A DNA stretch of 64,000 bases from NCBI RefSeq assembly GCF_009914755.1, contig NC_060947.1; one strand, written 5' to 3'. The position numbers were made by a program, and so were the translations under genes. The notes beneath the pieces are model-generated. The model searched no databases, had not been told where the DNA came from, and saw only the letters and a program-made list of their open reading frames with translations. The stretch comes from the human T2T-CHM13v2.0 reference genome, Homo sapiens. How positions within the stretch are numbered: the stretch's first letter is position 1; every line of letters starts with the position of its first letter. Positions 14,020 through 27,199 of this stretch are shown piece by piece.

Positions 14020-16030
14020 GGTTTTCACATATGCCCAGTTTGCCAATGTCTACCTTTTTATTGGTGTCGTTAGACACTTAATTTAATTATTGATACGGCT
14101 GGATTAAAATCTATCACATTGAGAGTTGTTTTTTATTGTTCTCTGTTATAGTTTCTTTTCTTTCTGCCTGCTATTGAATTATTTATTTCATTTGCTTCCA
14201 CTATTGGCTTATTATTTAAATTCTTTAAGAAAAATGGAATGTTTCTCCCAGCTTTACGTTATGCATTTTTAATTTATCACAGCCTACCCAAATAATATTT
14301 AGAGACTGAATTAGTCCATTTTGCATCGCTGTAAAGGAATACCTGAGGCTGGGGAATTTATAAAGAAAAAAGGTTGATTTGGCTAATCATTCTACAGCCT
14401 GCACAAGAAGCATGGCACCAGCATCTGCTTCTGGTTAGGACTTTAGGAAGCTTTTACTCATAGCAAAAGGCAAGGGGAAGGGCAGTGGCATGTCGAGAGG
14501 GGGAGCGAGAGAGATGCCAAGCTCTTTAAGACAACCAGCTCTCATGTGAACTAATAGAGTGAGAACTCATTCATTACCATGGGGAGGGGACCAAGACATT
14601 CATGAGGGATCTGCTCCTATGACCCAAACACCTCCTACCAGGCTCTACCTCCGACATTGGGGGTTACATTGCAACATGGGATTTGAAAAGGACAAACATC
14701 CAAACTATATCAGAGCTCCATATTTACTATAAGAGCCATAAAAATGTATACTTAAATTTTTCTCTCTCCTCTTTTGTGCTATTGTTACATAGTTTACTTC
14801 TACATATATTATAAACATACAATGTATTGTTACTATTTTTCTTGTATACAGTAAATTACACTTTGGAGTTACTAAAGTAAAAAAATACATTATAGTTACC
14901 TTCATTTAAACTATATGCAGTTTTTCATTGTTTTGTCTATGTATGTATATCCAAGTTATTGTCTGGTATCATATTCTTATGCCTGGAGAACCTGCTTTAA
15001 CCTCTTTTTTTGTTGTAATGAATTGATCCTTTAACCACTCTTTTGGTCTATAATAAATTCTCTCAGCCTTTTTTTTCTGGTTTGCAAAAGCATGTTTTCC
15101 CTTTATTTTGAAAAATATTTTCACTTGATATAGAATTTGAGTTGATGGTGATTTTCTTTGATTACTTTAGAGACGTCATTGCATTGTTTTCTTAGTTGCA
15201 CAGCAGCTGATGACATAGTGAATCTAATTATTTTCTTTCTTCTTGTATATAATGTGTTTTTTCAACTCTGGCTGCCTTCAAGATTTTCTCTTAATCATGG
15301 GTTTAAGCCTTTTAACTAGGATGTTTCTAAGTCTGTTATTCTTTATTTTGTTTTGGGTTCTCTAGGACTTTTAGGGTATTATGACTTGATTTTCAGAAAC
15401 CTCTATGACACCACTTAAATATTTATTCTGCCCATTTCTTTCTCTCTTATTCTGTGATATCACTACTCAGATGTTAGACCATTTGATACTGTTCCACAAT
15501 TATAGGATATTTTATTATTTTATTCTTTTTTTCTCTTTGAATAATAATTTGGGTAATTTTTGTTGACACCTTCTAATTCATTCATTCATTCCTCAGCTAG
15601 ATGAAGTCTACCTAAAAAACTGTTTAAGGCATACATCATCTCTATTACCATGTTTTTTTTAGGTCTAGTATTTCAATTTGATTGTTTTATATAGTTTCAA
15701 TCTTTTTGTTGAAATTCTACCTCTATTCATTTATGTTGCCCTCCTTTTCCACTTGAGCCTTTAATATATTTAACAATAGTTAATTTTAAATCTCTATTTT
15801 ATATTACCAATATGTAGCTCATCTCTGAAGCTGGTTTTGTTGATTGTTTTTAGAAAATGTTAGTTTTTTCTGGTGTCATCATTTTTAATTGATTATTTAA
15901 TATCGTGTGTACAATACAGATGGTAGAGTATATATTTTAAATGAATTTTCCTCTATTTCTATTAGGCTTGTATTGTGTAGCATCTAGTCAATCTTCTCAA
16001 GAGTTGCACTGGGCTTGGCATTTGTTGTTG
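14020..16030 (-). mobile_element. Old L1M ORF1/5' region, split by an MST LTR
   Basis: Antisense motifs tttcacttgatatagaatttgagttgatg, ctggctgccttcaagattttctc and gatgttagaccatttgatactgttccaca. Confidence 0.6.
14307..14712 (-). mobile_element. MSTB-like ERVL-MaLR solo LTR
   Basis: tgaattagtccattttgcatcgctgtaaaggaatacctgaggctgggg...catggcaccagcatctgcttctgg...ggacaaacatccaaactatatca. Confidence 0.85.
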
Positions 16031-16036
16031 CTTGAT

Positions 16037-16220
16037 ACTGGGTATGGAAGAAGGGTTTAACTACAAAGATCATGAGAGAAATTTTTGAACTGATAGAAAA
16101 TATTCTGTATCTTAATCTTCATGGCAACTACACAATAGTATGCATTTGTCAAAACTCATGAAGCTGTACACTAAAATTTTTGAATTTTATTATGCACAAA
16201 TTATACTTCAGTAAGCATTT
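16037..16220 (+). mobile_element. Old L1ME/MB 3'-end fragment
   Basis: atattctgtatcttaatc...gcatttgtcaaaactcatgaagctgtacactaaaa...gaattttattatgcacaaattatacttcag. Confidence 0.65.
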
Positions 16221-16289
16221 TTTAAAGTACCATCTATGTACCTAGACCTTGAAAAACACTACTAAGTGTTACAAAAAGTGTAAAAAATA

Positions 16290-19200
16290 AAATCTAGAAA
16301 GTTCTCAAATCAACACCCAACATCACAACTAAATGAATTAGAGAAACCAAACAAATTCAAAAGCTAGCAGAAGACACGAAATAACTAAGATCAGAGTAGA
16401 ACTGAAGGAGATAAAACACGAAAACCCCTTCAAAAAATCAATGAATCCAGGAGCGGGTTTTTTTTTTAAGAAATTAATAAAATAGACCAACTGGCTAGAC
16501 TAATAAAGAAGAGAAGACACAATAAAAAATAGTAAAGGGGCTATCAGCAATGACCCCACAGAAATACAAAAAATCATCAGAGAATACGATAAACAATTAT
16601 ACACAAATAAACTAGAAAATCTAGAAGAAATGGATAAATTCTTGGACACATACACCCTCCCAAGACTAAACCAGGAAGAAGTCGAATCCTGAATAGACCA
16701 ATAACAAGTCCTGAAATTGAGGCAGTAATAAATAGCCTACCAACAACAACAAAAAAAGCCCAGGTTTAGACGGATTTACAGCTAAATTCTAACAGAGGTA
16801 CAAAGAAGAGCTGGCACCATTCCTTCTGAAATTGTTTCAAACAGTTGAAAAGAAGGGACTTCTCCCTAACTCATTTTATGAGGCCAGCATCATCCTGATA
16901 CCAAAACCTGGCAGAGATACAACAAAAAAAAGAAAACTTCAGACTAATATCTTTGGTGAACATTGATGCAAAAATCCTCAATAAAATACGGGCAAACCAA
17001 ATCCAGCAACACATCAGAAAGCTTATCCACCAGGGTCAAGTCGGCTTCATCCCTGGTATGCAAGGCTGGTTTAACATATGCAAATCAATGAACATAATTC
17101 ATCACATAAACAGAACTAAAGGCAAATACCACATGATTATCTCAATAGATGCAGAAAAAGCCTTCAATAAAATTCAACATCTCTTTATGTTAAAAACTCT
17201 CAATAAATTAGGTATGGATGGAACAAATCTCAAAATAATAAGAGACATTTATGACAAACCCACAGCTAATAGCATACTGAATGGGCAAAAACTGGAAACA
17301 CTCTCCTTGAAAAATGGCACAAGACAAATGCCCTCTCACCACTCCTATTCAACTTAGTATTGGAAGTTCTGGCCAGGGCAATCAGGCAAGAGAAAGAAAG
17401 GAAGCAAATTCAAATAGGAAGAGAGGAAGGCAAACTGTCACTATTTGCAGACGACATGATCCTATATCTAGAAAACCACAGTGTCTCAGCCCAAAAGCTC
17501 CTTAAGCTGATGAGCAACTTCATCAAAGTCTCAGGACACAAAATCAATGTGCAAAAATAACAAGCATTCCTATACATCAACAATAGACAAGCAGAGAGCC
17601 AAAATGACAACTCCCATTAACAATGGCTACAAAGAGAATAAAATACCTAAGAATACAGCTAAAAAGGGATGTGAAGGACTTCTTCAAGGAGAACTGCAAA
17701 CTACTGCTCGAGGAAAACAGAGAGGACACAAACAAATAGAAAAACAGTCCATGCTCATGAATAGGAAGAATCACTGTTGTGAAAATGGTCATACTGCTCA
17801 AGGTAATTTATGGATTCAATGCTATTGCCATTAAACTACCATTGACATTTTTCACAGAATCAGAAAAAACTACTTTAAAATTGATATGGAACCAAAAAAG
17901 AGCCTGTATAGCCAAGACAATCCTAAGCAAAAAACAAAACAAAACAAAAAAACAAAGCTGGAGGCATCACACTACCCAACTTCAAACTATACTACAAGGT
18001 TAATGGTAACCAAAACAACATGGTACTAGTACAAAAACAGATACATAGACCAATGGAACAGAATAGAGATCTCAGAAATAAGACCGCACATCTACAACCA
18101 ACTGATCTTTGACAAACCTGATAAAACCAAGTAATGGGGAAAGGATTCCCTATTGAATAAATAGTACTGAGAAAACTGGGTAGCCATATGCAGAAAATTG
18201 AAACTGGTCCCCTTCCTTACACCTTATACAAAAATTAACTCAAGATGGATTAAAGACTTAAATGTAAAACTTGAAACTATAAAAACCCTAAAAGATAATC
18301 TAGGTAATACCATCCAGGACATAGGCACAAACAAAAATATAATGACAGACACCAAAATCAATCACAACCAAAGCAAAAATTGACAAATGGGACCTAATTA
18401 AACTAAACAGCTTCTGCACAGCAAAAGAAACTACCACCAGAGTGAACAGACAACCTACAGAATGGGAGAAAAATTTTGCAACCTATCCATCTGACAAAAG
18501 TCTAATATCCAGAGTCTTCAAGGAACTTAAATTTACAATAAAAAAAAACCCCATCAAAAATAGTGCAAAGGATATGAACAGACACTTCTCAAAAGAAGAC
18601 GTTTATTCGGCCAACAAACATACAAAAAAAAGCTTAACATCACTGATTATTAAGGAAATGCAAATCAAAACCACAATGAGATATCATATCACACAAGTCA
18701 GAATGGCTATTACTAAAAACTCAAAAAATATCAGATGCTGGTGAGGCTGTGGAGAAAAAGGAACACTTTTACACTGTTGGTGGGAATGTAAATTAGTTCC
18801 ACCATTGTGGAAGACAGTGTGGCAATTCCTCAACGACCTAGAGTCAGAAATACCATTTGACCCAGCAATCCCATTACTGGGTATGTACCCAAAGGAGTAT
18901 AAATTATTCTGTTTTAAAGACATATGCACGTGTATGTTCATTGCAGCACTATTCACAATAGCAAAGATATGGAATCAACCTGCATGTCCATCAGTGATAG
19001 ACCAGATAATGAAAATGTGGTACATATACACCACAGAATATTATGTAGCCATAAAAAAGAATGAGATCATATCTTTTGCAGGGACATGGATAGAGCTGGA
19101 GGCCATTATCCTTTGCAAACTAACACAGGAACAGAAAACAAAATACCACGTGTTCTAACTTATAAGTGGGAGCTAAATGATGAAAACACATGGACACAGA

Positions 19201-19398
19201 GGGGAACAACACACACTAGGGCTTTTTGGAGGATGGAAGGTGGGAGGAGGGAGAGGATCAGGAAAAATAACTAATAGATTCCAGGAATAATACCTGGGGA
19301 ATGTAATAATCTGTACAACAAACTCTCATGACACACTTTACTTATGTAACAAACCTACACATTTTGCCACGTACCTCTGAACTCAAAAGTTTAAAAAA
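16290..19398 (+). mobile_element. 5'-truncated L1PA (about L1PA12-14) with frameshifted ORF2 RT and C-terminal remnants
   Basis: ORF-track fragments contain L1 RT motifs ([48 protein letters not shown]). The 3'UTR gagaggatcaggaaaaataactaata is of L1PA13 type. Short A tail; possible TSD aaaatcta. Confidence 0.9.
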
Positions 19399-20824
19399 AT
19401 CTATATTTATTCACATGCTTTTATCCACATGTGCAAACATATTTGGCACATAAGCATTCCAACATGACGACCACCACACCTAACATGAAGCCCACATAGA
19501 TTGCTCTCTTCTATTTTTATGACTTATTTTCTACTTCAAGAAAGGCATTACCATTTCTGTTATGCTAATTTTATATGTGTGTATGTATCTATCTTTCTTT
19601 CTATGGCTATATAATATTTTGAAGTATTAAACAATATATAATGCTATTGCCCCAAAACATGATTTTAATACAGTATTTTCTAGCCAAGGAAACTAAAGCA
19701 CTCCACCTTCATTGCCCCAGGAAAATGAAGCTACAACAAAAATGTTCTTGAAAGGTATGTTAGTTTATAAAAAAAATTTTTTTCAAGTTTTAATTACTAG
19801 AATTTTTGCAGTTCGACTCTCTAACCTATGAGAGTTTGGAAATAACATTTATACCACAAATAAAAAAATTTTCAAACAATGCATAAAAAATACTATACTC
19901 CCTTAGACTTAATGAAGATTCCACAAAAACAAGAAATGAAGGTAGGAGGAGAGTTGCAAAAGGAAAGAGTGGAAAAATAGAATGTTGAAAGGCAAGCTAC
20001 AGACTTACAAGTTTGTGTAATATCTGGATCCAAGAATCCATGAGTAGACGATTTCTGTGTTCTCCCTATTGGAACCCTGAGAAGCAGCACGAGAACAGCA
20101 GATAAGAAATAGCTGCATGATAAGACAGTACCTGGGGATAGCTCCACTGAGTTTTCTTCAGATCCAAATTGGAAAGATAAAGAAGCCAGCTTTTACCATG
20201 CTTGAAGATAGCTGAAAGAAAGAAAGAGTAAGTTGACAGACCTGATGGGGTCATGCAGTTGTAATTAGGGAATGCTACAGAGGAAAGTTGTGTGGAGCAT
20301 ATGGGAATGAGGACATCTTGACACATGTCAATGTGGAACAATAATGACAGCCAAGAACTAGAGACTGGATGATCTGAGGATGCAGTGTGAAAAGATGCCA
20401 TCTTGGAACCAGACTTCATGATGTTACATAAGCTTCCTGGAACGTAGGTGTTACTAGGAAGAGGCGGAAAAAGTTCTGAATTAACTGATGTTAAGCAATA
20501 AATTAATCGGTTTAGCTAGAATTGACTGAGATTATATTTTATATTCTCAACAGAATGAAAACTCAGAATATAGATCACTGTGAGCCACAAATTAAATCCA
20601 TTTTTGCATACCTTAGCTCTGTGGCTTAAGAAATGTGTATTCTTTCCCAGTATTTGGAGGGATATGTTTACAGAGGGAGAGTAGCAGCATAGAGCTCACA
20701 CTGATTTTCATTGGTGAGTGTGGCATCCCCTTAAGAATGTCTATGACCAAAATTAGAAGAGCTGAGTAAATTTGGAGCCGTGTTCCTTCAACCAGCTAAG
20801 CTCAGTATAGTATGTTTCACTGAA

Positions 20825-21740
20825 ATGTATTTATTCACTCCAAAATATTTATTAAATGCATACTATGTACCAGCACTGTTTTAGAAGTTCAGCATATGCC
20901 ATGAGCAAACAGACAAGGAAGGTTCCTGCCATCATGAAACATGTATTTCAGCTGAGGCAGTGTACTAAAACTGCTAATTGATTACCATATCTATCTTTTC
21001 TTCTTTCTGTAATATAGCTAGACTGCATTTTCCAGTCTCTCTTGAATTTATAGGAACATGTGACTGAGTTCTAGCAAAGGAAGTATAAATAAAAGTAAAG
21101 TGTGATAATTTCAGGTCTGGTTCATAACACCGTTCATATGTGTTTTTGCCTCATGCTCTTTCTCCTCTTGCTAGCTTGATGCAGAAGACAATGAGGCTCT
21201 ACGGGAGTACAAATCCATAAGATGGAAGGTGCTATTGAATAGAGATGAGCCAACAGTGAAATCTAAACAGCCACCTGGAACTGTTAGGTGAACAATAAAT
21301 AAAATTCCATCTATTGAGCTATCCCAAGTTTGGGTCTATTTTTATCAGTTAGCCTACTCTTAACTACCATGGGGAGAGAGACAATAAACAACAAAAAGGA
21401 AATATATAATGTAGAATGTCAACATGCGCTTCAAAAAAATAAAGCAGACCAAGGGGAGGGTGGCTAGGAAAGACCTCTATGAGAAAGTGGCATTCGATGA
21501 GAAACCTCAATTAAATGAAGGAGTCAATCATGCAAATATCTGGAAAGAGTGTTTCAGGAAGAGTGAACTAGGAAATGCAAAGACCCCAAGAAAAACAAAT
21601 CAAGCAAAGGAAAGAATATTAGAAAAGGAAGACAGATATATGGGAACTAGATTATGTAGTTTCACAAGCGGTGGTAAGGCACTTGGATTTTATTGTAAAT
21701 ATAGTGGCAAGCCATAAATAATGACACTCTCTAATTAACA
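20825..21740 (-). mobile_element. L2 3' end, split by an MLT1 LTR
   Basis: ttattcactccaaaatatttattaaatgcatactatgtaccagcactg is the classic L2 3' end; it resumes at about 21370 (gagacaataaacaa...gtcaatcatgcaaatatctggaaag). Confidence 0.65.
20961..21369 (+). mobile_element. MLT1J/I-like ERVL-MaLR LTR
   Basis: ctgcattttccagtctctcttg...catgtgactgagttctagcaaaggaag...gttagcctactcttaactacca. Confidence 0.6.
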
Positions 21741-21838
21741 TTCTTTTTTTTTTTTTTGCAAATAATACTTTACTGAAAAATTACCTAGAGTAAAATGCAT
21801 AAAGCTTAAGTGTATAGCTCAGTGAATTTTTACAACTA

Positions 21839-22538
21839 AAGTAGTCCCCCCTTATTCTTGCGGATACGTTCCAAGATCCCTAGTGGATGCCTGAAACCTT
21901 GAATAGTACCGAACTCTGCAGGGGCCCTCAATCCCTGGGCTGCCAATCAGTACAGGTCTGTGGCCTGGTAGGAGGGAGGCCGCAGAGCAAGAAGTGAGCA
22001 TCCAGCAAGCTTTACCTCCTGAGCTCCACTCCCTGTCCGGTCAGCTGTGGCATTCAATTTTCATAGGCGTGCGAACCCTATTGTGAACTGTGCATGGGAA
22101 GGATCTAGGTTGGGTGCTCCTTATGAGAATCTAGCTAATGCCTGATTATTTGAGGTGAAACAGATTCATGTCAAAACCATCCCTGCCCGCCACCCCCATG
22201 GAAAAACTGTCTTCCATGAAACCCATCCCTGGTGCCAAAAAGGCGAAAAGTTTGGGGACCACTGCTATATAGTACATACTATGTTTTCTCAATCTGATAA
22301 CTGAGATAGCTACTGACTACTAGACAGGTAGTGTATACAGCGTGCATATACTGGATAAAGGGATGATTCACATCCCAGGATGGCATGAGATTTCATCACA
22401 CTACACAGAAGGGAGGACAATTTAAAACTTACGAATTGTTTATTTCTGGGATTTTCTATTTAGTATTTTCAAGACTGAGGTTGATCTCTGGTAATTGAAA
22501 CCAAGGAAAGCAAAACTATAGATAAAGGGGGACCGCTG
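21839..22538 (-). mobile_element. MER44A-like (Tigger7, TcMar) MITE
   Basis: Terminal inverted repeats aagtagtccccccttat and gataaagggggaccgctg, flanked by TA at 21837-21838 and 22539-22540. Confidence 0.8.
21919..22264 (+). mobile_element. MER1B hAT-Charlie MITE inserted in MER44
   Basis: caggggccctcaatccctggg...gcgtgcgaaccctattgtgaactgtgcatg...ctccttatgagaatcta...tttggggaccactg. Confidence 0.85.
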
Positions 22539-23969
22539 TATATCTACCTATCACCCAGCTCAAAATAAATAACATTCCCATTACCCCCAGAAATTTCCCT
22601 CACAACTATATCCAGTCAATCACCTCACCCCGCCACCCTCCACCACCCTACAGGGACATGTTATTCCAATGTCTATCACCAAAGATTGAATTCGAATGTC
22701 AACATGGTACGCTGACAACCTTCACGATATACATTGTGTTCATGTTTTTACACAGCTGAACAAAATGATAATGTGCAGATTGGGTGGGAGGTAAAATTTT
22801 GGACATTAAGGAGAAAGCACTGCGAAAGAGGTATCTGAAATTCAGCAGCAGCCTGACAAGCAGATGGTAGGAGCCTTGAAGAATTTGAACACCTTCTTTC
22901 TCTAATTTGCTTCTATGAGCAACCTCTTTTCTCTCCCTCTGAGTTCTGCAATCTTTGACTCTTTGTTTCCTGGTAAATTGATTTCAAATGTATGACTCAG
23001 ATTGGATGCTGTGCTGTTTAATTTGATGTTTTGAGTTTTCCAAAAGAAAGGCACTTGATTTTGCTCTGTGAGGAAATCAACAGAAGTACAAGCATTAGAA
23101 ATACCATTTGATTAAATCAGATAGGATTTTGTAAATGACAAGACCCATCTTCAAGTTTTGAAAATGATAATTTCCTAGAAATAATAGCAACAATAATAAC
23201 TACTTATTTTCTCCTTAGGATTAACTTTAGAAAACTAATATAAATATCAGAGAAAGCATGATTCATTTGATTTACTCTCAGGTATATTAGTGGGACAATT
23301 TAGAGACATGCCTTTGGGGATATTGTTGCAACTTAGTATTCCAAAGGACCTTTGAATCACCAAAGCTAACTTTTCAGGACCAGTTGGTAGGGAATTGCTG
23401 GCTTGCATAATATCTCTTTCAAACCTGATTTCCGCTCACTGGAAGAACAGATGAAGTAGCTCTTAGTAAGGAGTGGTAATTATTAATTCAGTTATTTGGA
23501 TATGCCTTGACATACATGAAGAAACATGAGAAAATTAAATAAATACACTATTTAGCATCTCTGTGGCAAGGTTTTTACCAGCTTTTTGGTTCAGTGACTG
23601 TGAAAATATTGTCTTACCCTTAATCAAAAAGGAAATTAATTTCAAACAAAGTTTCCATTTTGGGTCAGAATGAAAAGGAAAAAACATGTAGGTAGCTGCT
23701 TGTGTGGAACACAGTGTGCTAAGTGTCATCTTCCTTTTCAGCTTGGAAGCAACAGTTCATGCATGGTAATTGCAGACATATCTTACTGAACAGGACTAAC
23801 AGATGAACACATTATTAGCAAAAGGAGGGTGGTCACTTTAGAATCAGCTCATACAATAATCTCTTAATTTTCCAGCATCCATTTAACATGTATTTGCTAG
23901 GAAACAGCACCTACCAAACATTAAGAAATTTGAAGTGAACTATGGAAAATCCTGATATTACAGTTTATG

Positions 23970-26500
23970 CTTTATTTTTATTTTGGTATGAAATAACTGA
24001 AACATTACTTACAATTTGTGAAAAAAATTTCTAAAAAGAGCACAGTGTACCTAACACACAGCACACAAAATATCATATTCTGAATACCTTTGATGTCTTC
24101 TGTGTACCCCTCCTTGATCTTATTCATCTTCTTCCCTCCCTGCCAGGGGTAACCACTGTCTTAAATTTTGTTCATTATTCCTTTGCTTTTTGCTAAATAT
24201 TACCACTTGGGTATGTGCCCCAAAATATTATACTCTTTAATTTTGGACGTATGCAAATTATATAAATAGCATCAGACTATTATTTTGCAATCGTTTTGTT
24301 CATTCAACTTGGTGAGATTCATCCATATTGAGATAGCTATAGCTCTTTCAATTTCATTATTGTATGGTTTTCCATTGTATGAATACAAAATGATTTATGA
24401 GTTTTGTTCCTCATGTAAATTTGGTTTCCAGTGTTTTGTTTTCCAACATCACTGCTATCTGCATTCTTCTACATGTCATGTTGCCTACTTATGTGAGTTT
24501 CTCTAACATCTATATCTATAGATGAAATTGCTGCATCAAATGATATGTGTATCATCAACTTTACTAGATAATACCAAATATTTTTTTCCAAAATGATTGT
24601 GATAATTTATACTCCTACCAGGAGTACATGGGAGTTCTAGAAGTCTTACATTCTCACAAATCGGCAATGTCCAATTTATAATATTTGCCTATCTAGTGGG
24701 TGTGAGATGAAATGATTTTAATATATATTTTCCATGTTATTTAACAAGGGTATGCTTCTAGCCATAGATTTTTTATTGGCTATTACTTTTTCCTCATTCT
24801 GTGAAATAGCTAATTATATCTTTTGTCCTTTTCTATTAGGTTTTTAAAAATCAATTTGTAGAAAGTATTTATATATAATTGATAATGTGCTTTCCAGTTA
24901 CATGTACTGCACTATTTTCTCCTATTTCATAGATTTTTTTGCCATTTATGCTATTTTTAATAAATAGTAGCTCTTAATTTTAATGTAGTTAAATTTTATA
25001 ATCTCTTTCATTTTAGTTTTCATTGTTTGTGGCTTCTGTAAGAAATATTTTTCTACCCCAAGCTCATAATATTAACATTTTATATAACTTCCTCTATTTT
25101 TAAAATTTTTGACATTGGATTTAAGTATGTAACCTACTGGTAATTATTTGTGAATTTTATACTTATACTTTGGTCCTGTATATAATTACTAAGTTATGTG
25201 TTTGTGTGTATGTGTGCATGCGTGCATGTATTTTCTTTTTTCCTCCATCAATGTGCCTGAGGTTTCTTAATATTGTTAGTATGTTCAAAAATTTGGCCTT
25301 GTTGATTATCTTTATTAAATTTTTATATGATTAATTCCTGATTTTACCTTTGTTATTTAACTACTTTTGTTTTATTTGAATCTATTACATTGCTCTTTTT
25401 CTAACTTCTTAAATTATATACTTAGATAATTTTAACCTCTCTTTTATATTTATATATCCATCTCTATATATTGCTGAAGCTGCATATCCCAAGTTTTGAT
25501 ATTTAGCATTTTCTGTGGACAATCTAAAATATTTTGACTTTCATCATTATTTCAACCTGATCCAACTAATTATTTAGAAGCTGATGTGGTTTGGTTGTGT
25601 CCCCACCAAAATCTTATCTTGAATTGTAGTTCCCATAATCCCCACACGTCGTGGGAGGGACCCAGTGGGAAGTGATGAATCACGGGGGCAGTTACCTCCA
25701 TGTTGTACTTGTGATAGTGAGTTCTCACAAGATCTGATGGTTTTGTAAGGGGCTTTTCCCTCTTTTGCTCGACACTTCCCTCTCCTGCCACCACGTGAAG
25801 AAAGACGTGTTTGCTTCCCCTTCCACCATGATTGTAAGTTTCCTGAGGCCTCCCCAGCCCTGAGGAATTGTGAGTCAAACCTCTTTCCTTTATAAATTAC
25901 CCAATCTTGGGCAGTTCTTCATAGCAGCATGAGAGCAGACTAATACAGAAGTGTACTTCTTAATTCGCAAATGTTTTTCAGTTATTATTGATTTGGAGCT
26001 TAATATTTTTATTTTAGAATATGCTCTATTATTTTGGTTCTTTGAACTTTGGTAGGATTTGCTCTCTAAAGCTGTATATGTCCAATTTTCATAAATGTTA
26101 TGAACTTATTTGAAAAAATATGCATTCCACAGTTGTACTAAATACTCTGTAGGCATTCGTTAAGTCAATTATTCATTTCTTTCAAATTTTCAAGTTTCTA
26201 TCAAATTTTTGGTTACTTGTTTTATTAATTACTTAGACATGATGAATTTTCCTGTTATGGTTGTGGAGGATTCTTGCTATGGTTGTGGAGTATTCTATTT
26301 CTCCCTGGATTTTGTCAATTTTTGCTTTATATGTTTTGAAGTTTTACTACTTGCAATATACAAATGTAACCGTATTATATCTTTCCAGTGAATTGAAGCA
26401 TTTATTATTATAAAATCACCTATTTACTTCTAGTAATGATTTTTATCTTAAAGCCTACTTCATCAGACATTTTTTAGCTACACCAAGTTTCTTATGGGGG
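23970..26500 (-). mobile_element. Old L1M fragments (3' end and ORF2), split by THE1C
   Basis: Antisense L1 motifs (gagattcatccatattg, aattgctgcatcaaatgatatgtg, aatttatactcctaccagg, ctttccagtgaattgaagcatttatta). Confidence 0.55.
25582..25947 (+). mobile_element. THE1C-like ERVL-MaLR solo LTR
   Basis: tgatgtggtttggttgtgtccccacc...ccaccatgattgtaagtttcctgaggcctccccagcc...gactaataca; 5-bp TSD gaagc/gaagt. Confidence 0.9.
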
Positions 26501-26950
26501 TGATAGATACTCCTTTATTTTTTTTATAGGAGATCATTATATGCTACCTAAATATTAATTCTTTTTCTAACATTTAGTAGGTTTTTAACCCCAACTTTTA
26601 CATTGCCTTTTAATTAGTATTATGATATCTTTATAAAATATTTACTTTGTATGATTAATATCTACTTTCTTTTTGATGTCTTATATTGGTTGTATGCACA
26701 TAAAGCATTTCTCAATCTGGAAGTAACATAGGTATTATCATATAGGCTTTTCCAATGTTTTAAAAGTTATACATAAAACCTCTTATGTTCACCTGGAATA
26801 CGTTTTATTTTGTAATGAGCAATCGTTTTTTTACTCATAGTTAACACATTTTATTATGTGTTATATCGTTCTTTGCCATTGATTTATCATTTTAATGTTT
26901 CATTTTGAAATAATTTTATATTTACAAAATCACTTGCAAAACCGTACACA

Positions 26951-27199
26951 TATTTTCTCCCATTTTGTCTCTTCACTTTGTTGATAGTTTTCTTTGCTGT
27001 GCAGAAGCTTTTTAACTTAATGTGATCTCATTTGTCCATTTTGCTTTGTTGCCTGTGCTTGTGGGGTATTGCTCAAGAAATTTTTGTCCAGATCAATGTC
27101 CTGAAGATTTTCCTTAATGTTTTCTTGTAGTAGTTTTATAGTTTCAGGTCTTACATTTAAATCTTTAATCCATTTTGATTTCATGTTTTTCATATGGCA
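26951..27199 (-). mobile_element. Internal L1PB/L1MA ORF2 fragment (no 3'UTR or poly-A)
   Basis: ORF 27017-27238 carries KSKWIKDLNVRPETIKLLQENI...FLSNTPQAQATK, typical of L1 ORF2. Confidence 0.8.

Larger units (their letters stand above)
21760..22685 (-). mobile_element. Old L1ME-type 3' end hosting MER44
   Basis: gtaaaatgcataaagcttaagtgtatagctcagtgaattttt before MER44 and aacattcccattacccccagaaatttccctc after it. Confidence 0.6.

Noticed and set aside
13528-14020. Possible old hAT-Tip100-type DNA transposon
   Set aside because: Only a vague resemblance; I could not identify TIRs or a TSD
16953-19158. Reverse transcriptase ORFs as an active element
   Set aside because: Fragmented by frameshifts and stops, and the element is 5'-truncated
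19893-20419. Two overlapping - strand ORFs (84 and 117 aa) in unassigned sequence
   Set aside because: No recognisable domain or splice context; likely a decayed LTR-type sequence or chance
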